Source: Gracilinanus agilis (taxonomy: Eukaryota). Taken from it: a stretch of DNA of 64,000 nucleotides. The notes beneath the pieces were generated by a model, which did not search any database, was not told the origin of the DNA, and saw only the letters and a program-made list of their open reading frames with translations. How positions within the stretch are numbered: the first letter of the stretch is position 1; the number at the start of each line of letters is the position of its first letter. A program made the position numbers and the translations under genes. The stretch lies in contig NC_058130.1 in NCBI RefSeq assembly GCF_016433145.1, positions 140,521,358 through 140,585,357 on the forward strand, in the 5' to 3' direction. Positions 56,618-64,000 of this stretch are shown here, piece by piece.

Positions 56618-57127
56618 AACATTCCCTCTATTGATGTAGGTCTGAAACTTGTTAATGGGAGGCTAAGTGACTTGCCCATGGTCATGAAGCTAGTATTTGT
56701 CAAAAGGAAGACTTGAAACTTGGACTTTCTGACCCCCAAAGTTTTCTTTCTCTCCATTATATCAAACTGCCAATTCGATTCAACTAAACAAGCATTTATA
56801 GTTAGGCAATCAGGTTAAGGGACATGCCCAGGGTCACATAGCTAGGAAATGTTTTAGGTCACATTTGAACCTAGGTCCTTCTGACTCTAGGTCTATCCTC
56901 TACGCACTGAGCCACCTAGCTTGCCCCCTTTAACAAGCATTTATTGAATGCCTGAATAGCAGGCATCATACCAGGTTTTGGAACAGAAAGATAAAAATGA
57001 AAATAGTTCCTGCCTTCCAGAAGCTTATATTATTCTGGATGGAAGAGGAGAGGCAACTTGTAAACAAATAATGTTTGCATGTGTATATATTTATATCTGT
57101 GCATACAAATATTTAAGATCATAATGT

Positions 57128-57345
57128 GGGACAGATAGCTAGCATAGTGGACAGAGCATCAGGGCAGGAGTTGGGAGGGCCAAAGTTCAAATGTGGCCTC
57201 AGACACCTCCTAGCTGTGTGACTCTGGGCAAGTCCCTTAACCCTAATTGCCTAGCCCTTGCCATTCTTCTCTCTTAGAACTGATAAAAGGTATAGAACTG
57301 ATAGAAAAACAGATAGAACTTAGACAGAAGGGCTTAAAAAATAAA
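57128..57345 (+). mobile_element. Marsupial CORE SINE
   Basis: Head and core pattern with an internally duplicated tail. Confidence 0.75.
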
Positions 57346-58305
57346 AAGACCTTGCTGTGACTTCATTGGCGTAGGAAACTCTGCGTGGACATTCTTCCAA
57401 AGCAGATCTAGGACTCCTAGACCTCAGAGAGCTGTTTTGGGCATTAAGAAGTTGAATAATATGCCCAAGGTCCCAGAGCAGAAGAGCTTAAGAGACAGGA
57501 CTTGAGCTCCAATATGACTTTAAGACCAGCTTGCTCTCCACTACACCATACTGCATCTATACAAAGACAGATCTTGGCTTAAACCAGTTTTAATAAGAAT
57601 TTTTCTCATATTTAGCTTTTTTCTGTTGTTAGACACTGGTTTTATATTTCCTGTTCTATTAACTACAGTCATATCTAATTCATTGCAGTCCCTAACGCAT
57701 ATGCAGGGCAGTCTAGGACAGGATTATGTAAAAGCCGCCTCAATTTTATTGGATTCCAATTGTTTTTATGTTAAAGCAAAAATTTTAAAATTTAAAAAGT
57801 ACATTTGCCAAACATATATTTAAAACAGACCTTATTGTGTCATTCTTCTACACCAAAATCAGGAATGGCTCCCTTTTACCCAGGGATAAAGTACAAAATC
57901 CTCAATCTGACATTTAAAGGGAAAAGAATAAGTAGTTTTTATTCACCAGGCACTTTTACAAAAATTATTTCATTTGATCCTCATAACAACCTTGTCTGTG
58001 AGATAGGTGCTATTTTTATCCCCATTTTACTGCAGAGGGAACGCAGGCTGAGAATGGTAGAGTGACTTGCCCAAGGTTATATAGCTCATAAGTCTCGACT
58101 GTGAAAGACTTAGCTACTCTCAGCAATATGATGATCCAGGACAATTCTGAGGGACTTAGATGGGGAGTGCTATCTACCTCCAGAGAAAGAACTGTTGGAG
58201 TTTGAATACAGATCAAAGCATACTATGTTGACTTTAGTTTAATTGTTTTTTTATTTGGGGTTTTTGGTTTTACATGAGTATTCTCTTACAAAAATCAACA
58301 ATATG

Positions 58306-59126
58306 CCTCACACCTAGCAGACTGGCTAATATGACAGCAAAGGAAAGTGGTGAATGTTGGAGGGGATATGGCAAAATCAGGACATTAATGCTTTGCTGGT
58401 GGAGTTGTGAACTGGTCCAGCCATTCTAGATGGCAATTTGGAACTATGCCAAAAGGGCTTTAAAAGAGTGTGTCTGCCCTTTGATCCCACACCACTGCTG
58501 GGTATATACCCCAAAGAGATAATACAGAAAAAGACTTGTACCAAAATATTTATAGCCCCATTCTTTGTGGTAGCAAAAAATTGGAAAATGAGAGGATGCC
58601 CTTCCATTGGGGAATGGCTGAACAAATTATGGTATCTGTTGGTGATGGAATACTATTGTGCTCAAAGGAATAATGAACTGGAGGAATTCCATGTGAACTG
58701 GAACAACCTCCAGGAATTGATGCAGAGTGAAAGGAGCAGAACCAGGAGATTATTGTACACAGAGATGGATACACTGTGGTACAATTGAATGTAATGGACT
58801 TCTCTACTAGCACCAATGCAATGATCCAGGACAATTCTGAGGGACTTATGAGAAAGAACACTATTCACATTCAGAAAAAGAACAGTGGGAGTAGAAACAC
58901 AGAAGAAAAACAACTGCTTGATCACATATGTCGATGGGAATATGATTAGGGATGAAATGATCACCCTAATGCAAATATAAATAATATGAAAATAGGTCTT
59001 GATCAATGACACACGTAAAACCCAGTGGAATTGTGCATTGGCTATGGAAGGGGGGTGGGAGGAGGGGACATGAAACAATGGAAAAAATATTCTAAATTAA
59101 TTAAATAAATAAAAATTTTAAAATAA
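58306..59126 (+). mobile_element. 5'-truncated young L1 with 16-bp TSD, nested in an older L1 3' UTR (about 58090-59290)
   Basis: The ORF at 58438-58788 is an L1 ORF2 C-terminus (LLGIYPKE...CPSIGEWLNKLWY...MEYY), followed by 3' UTR and an A-rich tail. aaaaatcaacaatatg occurs at 58290-58305 and 59127-59142. Confidence 0.9.
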
Positions 59127-60804
59127 AAAAATCAACAATATGGAGATGTTTTGCTTGATAATACATGTATAACTCAGATCAAACCACTTATTAGCTCTGG
59201 AAAGGGAGAGGGAAATAATTTGGATAACAATTTCAGAAAACTTATGTGGAAAATTATTATTACATGTAATTGGTAAAATAAAATATCTTTTAAAAAATAA
59301 CTCTCAAGGCTAGATTTGAACTCGGATCATCTTGACTTCAAGCCCATTGCTCTATCCAGCATGCTACTTTTAACTGCCTCTTAAAGCCTTGTACAATCTG
59401 GCTTAGCTTATTTCATTTTATTCCTCCTCATATTACTCTTTGTTCCAGTCAAACTGATCTGTTATCTCTCCATCTATATTCCATGTCTTTGTATTCAGAG
59501 CCCCCCATTTCTGGAATGTAATTCCTCATCTTCACCTCACATAATCTTGTTTCCTTCAAAGCATATTTCGCCTGCCCCATTCTAAAGATCTTTTCTTTTG
59601 AATAACTTTTAATATATTTTCATGGAAGCCTATATCACTACGATTTCAGCTGTGTCATAAAACTTAAGCATTTATTAAGCACCTGCTGTATACCAACCCC
59701 TAGGCCAAGCACTAGGCATACAAAGAAAGGCCCCCAAAAAGTCCTTTTTCTCAAGATCACAGGTTAGCAGAGTCCAAGACGACATGCAAAGAACTCTGTA
59801 CAAAAATACAGGAATAAATTGGAGCTAATCTCAGGGGGAAGGCACCAGTCATGAGGCGGACTGGGAAAGACTGCTAGGAAAAGGTGGAATCTGAGCTGAG
59901 CCTTTACCAAGACAGAAACCAAGAGACAGAGCTGAATCAAACTAGGAGATGGAATATCTTGTTGGAGAAACAGCAAAGAGGCCAATGTCACTTGATCCCA
60001 GAGTGCATGGAGGACCGAAGGCACAAGAAGAAGCTTTAATAGTCAAAGAGGATTTTATATTGGATCCCATAGGTAATGGGGAGCTGTTCAAGTTTATTGA
60101 GTAGAGGAATACATGGTCAGAAATATACTTTAGGAAAGCCATTTTGATAGCTTTGTGGAGACTATACTGGAATGGAGAGAGAGTTGAGAGAGGGAGGCCC
60201 ACCATCAATAATTCAGGAGTAAGGCAAGGAGGGCTCCCACCAGGGCAGTGACAGTGTCAGAGGAGACCAGGGGAGCATCAGAGAGACAGGAGAAATCTAC
60301 AGGGCTTAGCAACTGACTGCCTATAAGAGAGACTTTGCTTTGTTTACCATTGACCATATGGAAAGGAGAATTGATAAAGGGAGTAATTTAAGGAGAATGT
60401 AGCTGGTTTTCAGGAGATATTTTCTCCCAGAGTGTACTGGCTTTCATAATTTAATTTGTCCTATTTAGTAAATTTTAAAATCTTAAACTTAAACTATCTT
60501 TGTTTTTTTGGAAGAAGCATTTCACCTTTTGTTCCCCAATTACTCTAAAATGTAAATTGGAAGTCTCTTGGGTCAAAGGGTTTCTGGATGAGAAGCAAAA
60601 GTTATTCTGACCTTCTGAACCTCTATCCAAACTGGAAGGCTTGCATATCAATTCATTCTTTCTGAAAAAGAATTTTGGCTAAAATGCAAAGTACTGATGT
60701 TTCTGTCCACATTTTGTATTTACATATTGCACTCTGATCTCCTCCAGAGTAGGGCACTTTCATTTCTGTTTTTGAATCCCCAGCACACAAAATAGGTACA
60801 TAAA

Positions 60805-61362
60805 GGTTGTCCTTCATACTCAAAGAGGACCATCACTGATGATGTCTTTTGACTTGAAAACAAATTGGATTTAAGTGAGTCCCAGCCACACTAAGTTATC
60901 AGCCTCCTTCTCTTTTCCAGAGTCATCAAAGTCTGTCAGCCAGACAAAAGTCAGGATGCCCAGGGACGGCTCAGAATGAAGTGGATGCCCTCGGCTTCTT
61001 CCATGTCTGACTAAGTTCTAAGTGCTCACCATCAACTGCTTTAGCCACCTTCATGGCAACTTGAAACACAATGTTTTCATCTGCCTCTCTACAGGATCTT
61101 CATATGGCTGGGTAGACAGTCCACATCCCCCTCAACTCACTGACAGGTTTGAGGCTTCTCAGGTACCCTTAACCTGGTTTAACCCATCTGCCTAGAGGGC
61201 CTACCAGAATATGGCTGCTGTACATGCCATAGCTTCTTGGAGCCGCAGGTGAGAGCTAGATGGCAGGTGGACACTGAAGGACAAAAGCATCCCTGAAGAG
61301 GCCTCAGCCAGTCCTCACACCAAAGGGTACTCATCTTCCCTGAATACCCCATACATCCCTCA
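60805..61362. mobile_element. Marsupial RTE-related SINE (WALLSI/RTESINE-like)
   Basis: gttgtccttcatactcaaagaggacc start and cttcttggagccgcaggtgagag internal segment, recalled as typical of this group. Confidence 0.55.
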
Positions 61363-64000
61363 GGTGCATAATAAATGTTTATGAAAGGGCACTGAATTAA
61401 GATTCAGCTCAGAAACATCCCCCTCCATGGTCTTTCTTTATCCCTAGCTGGAAGCTCTCTTTTTCTCATTACACTCTGTATTTATTCGCTCTTCACATTG
61501 TATTATATTTATTGCTAAGTCTATCTTATCTACCTTTTGAACTATAAACTCCCTGGCCACAGGGCTTATGTCACCATCATCTTTTGTGTATCCCATTTTT
61601 GAACACAAGTCAATAATGGCTTGTTGCATGACTAAGGGAAGGAAGATACATTGGCTTGAGCACAGTAAATTCCTTGTTCTTAGGTTGGGCCTACTAGCTC
61701 CTAGGTTAGAAAGTCCCAAATTATTTCCTGGAACCAAAGGATATGTGAGACTGGGAATCCTTCTGGCAGCTAATTGAGCAAGGTAGAGCTGTAGCACTAA
61801 GAGCAGCTCATTGGCCTCCATCATTGCCACATGTTTCCCATCACCCTGGACGAAGGCAACTTTACCCAAGCACATTAATGCCCAGTTTCTTACATCCCTC
61901 CCACCTCTCCCCCAAAGGGCCAAAGTCTGGAAGAACTAGAAGCTGGACTCTCACAAAAACTTGACTAGATTGAGTCTGGGAAGAGAAGGTCATTCCTCGG
62001 GCTCCAACCCACCCTCCCCCTTACGCCCTGTGCCTGTCCATCCCTCTGACCTGTGCTGGAGTATTTTATAGGGGACTCGTTAATGGACCATACAATTAAT
62101 GGAGCATGTGGTTTCTAGAGAAGAGGCAGTAAAGCCAGGGCTCTGTCTACCAAACAGATTTGAACACAGTGGGATCTTGGAAGCTGGGCTAGAAGCCAGG
62201 ACACCTGGATCCCTCCATAACAAATGAGTCTGAAAAGTCAATTTTCTCCTGTTGGGAAGGGAAAGTCAAGTTATATCCATGGAGCATGGTGCTACAAAGC
62301 TGTATTGAATAAATAAATGATTGAAAAAATATTTATTAGGAACCTACTATGAGCCAGGTACTGTGCTAGAGACATAAATACAGCAGTGAGGCAGTTCCTG
62401 CCCTAGAAGAGTTTACATTCTAATAGAGGGAGACAGCACAGATTGGGGAAAGAAGGCCAGGGAAGGACATTTTGATTTGGGGACTCTCTGTAACATCAAA
62501 TAGGACCCTGGTATGGTCAACTCTCACTCACTTTCCAGAAGCTATGGCCATGTGGATTTACTATTGCCAGAGGCAGGGAATGGAAAGTGAGGTACAGTAC
62601 ATATTTTTGGCAACTAGGGACAAGTGGGAAGATCCAAACAGTTCAGCCCTAAGGAGGAGTTATGAAGATGAATGGATTATCTCCCCAGCCCTTGGGCATA
62701 GTGTCTGGAGGTCAGCTCCAGGGAAGTGCTGTTCCAGGTTGGGAGATGGAGAAGATGTGCTAATGGGATGGAGATTACGCCATCATTGTTGCCATGCCCT
62801 CCCAAAAGTGGTGAACTCTTATGCCTTTTAACATCTAACATAGTAGGGAAGAGAAGGATGGCCTTAGGTAATTTATGATTTTTCCATCTCCTTCTGTGAA
62901 ATGGAGAGAACAACCATCTCTTCTACCCTGGGGTGACAATCATCATATAATAATAGGTTTACAAAGTGCTATACATATATTATCTCACTTTATCCTTGGA
63001 GCAAGCCTAGGAAATAGGTGCTATCTCCATTTTTCAGGTGAGGAAACTAAATGACTTGCCCAGAGTGACATACCTAGGAAATATCTTCCCTGAGCACTGA
63101 ACCCTAACTCGAGACTCTGGAACCTGAGATTCTCCACACACACATCCATTTCTGCCACTGCCCCTATCTTCGGGTGCTGGCCCTGGCCCTCTTTCCTTTC
63201 TACCTCTGGCCTCATACACCACCTCCCCACCATAGGAGCTCCTTTCCTGGGGCTCACTGTCAAAGGAAAAGAGAATATACAAATTCAAAAATAATACATT
63301 CAGGGAAAGCAAACAGAAGTATGAATAAAAGAAATTTGCTGGTTCCAGACTGAGTGGCACTACCATCTATCCTAATTCTTAACTGAAGTTTCCCAGGCTT
63401 TGCTTGGCAGCCTCATGATTTATTCTAGGCTGGAGCCCCATCTCTCCATGTTGCAGCATTTGGTTTTTGGCTGTTTGCAATATAAAATTCTCTTCCAGAA
63501 CAGCACTGAGCTGATTTGAGATTCCCCCATTTGAGTGTTCGGGTATACATTTGTCCTTTCCATAACCTCAGGTTCGCTCCACCTTGTTCTCTTTGCACCA
63601 AAATGGGCTGCTCTGGAGTTAATAGAGGGCCTGACAGATTTCTTTCATATGTACAAGCCAGCCCCAAGATTTAAGAGCCAGATGGATTTTTCAGCCTTGA
63701 AAGGAAAGAAAAACAAAAGGGAAAAAAGAAGATCATGTTGCCAGAAGGTATTGGTTCTCAACCTCATATTGACACCCACACACTTCCTTGGATGACTCAA
63801 GATGGCATGAAGGTGACTCGGGGTCCTTTAAGGCTATACCAGTGGAACTTTGACAAATGCTATCAATCCGAAAAGACTTTGAGTAGGGACGGAGTGATAG
63901 GCCTTGTCTGTGTCTGCTGTCCCAGGGTCAGCCTACATAAAAATGGAATTACCAGAAGGTTGGTACTCTCAGCCAGGCCTGGCTCCCACTGATTTGCAGT

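Noticed and set aside
3822-57345. tRNA-like heads (ggggcagctaggtggctcagtgg...ggttcaaat) as tRNA genes
   Set aside because: All run into the CORE-SINE body and tail. No true tRNA, rRNA, snRNA or CRISPR array was seen.
58438-58788. 116-aa ORF as a host gene
   Set aside because: It is the L1 ORF2 C-terminus of a truncated retrotransposon.
61444-61923. 159-aa minus-strand ORF
   Set aside because: Non-ATG start, partly antisense to an L2-type tail, and no recognisable homology (not FBXL16).

Overview
This is a 64-kb window of a vertebrate genome, most likely a didelphid marsupial (opossum-like). That is inferred from the CORE-SINE, L1 and RTE repeat content and the strong CpG depletion. I reconstructed three intact spliced genes by hand from GT-AG sites and reading frame. 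CCDC78 is on the + strand, with 14 confident coding exons (10305-24211) and two tentative 5' exons near 8.4-8.6 kb. ANTKMT/FAM173A is on the - strand (5 coding exons, 219 aa). METRN/meteorin is on the - strand (4 exons, 298 aa). Their order and orientation match my recollection of human 16p13.3 (HAGHL-CCDC78-ANTKMT-METRN-FBXL16), but no HAGHL or FBXL16 coding exon is visible in the window. The rest is two CpG-island promoters, dense old and young retroelements, two probable solo LTRs, three hAT MITEs, microsatellites and two N gaps. Most ORF-track entries are spurious. I see no wholly new biological system. The best leads are: a long CCDC78 retaining extra coiled-coil exons; a dense RFX X-box/forkhead cluster at its 5' end; a hAT MITE nested inside a young SINE; a second hAT MITE carrying a near-consensus CTCF motif; and uORF and promoter architecture at ANTKMT and METRN. 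Family names and human/frog comparisons are from memory, not database searches.
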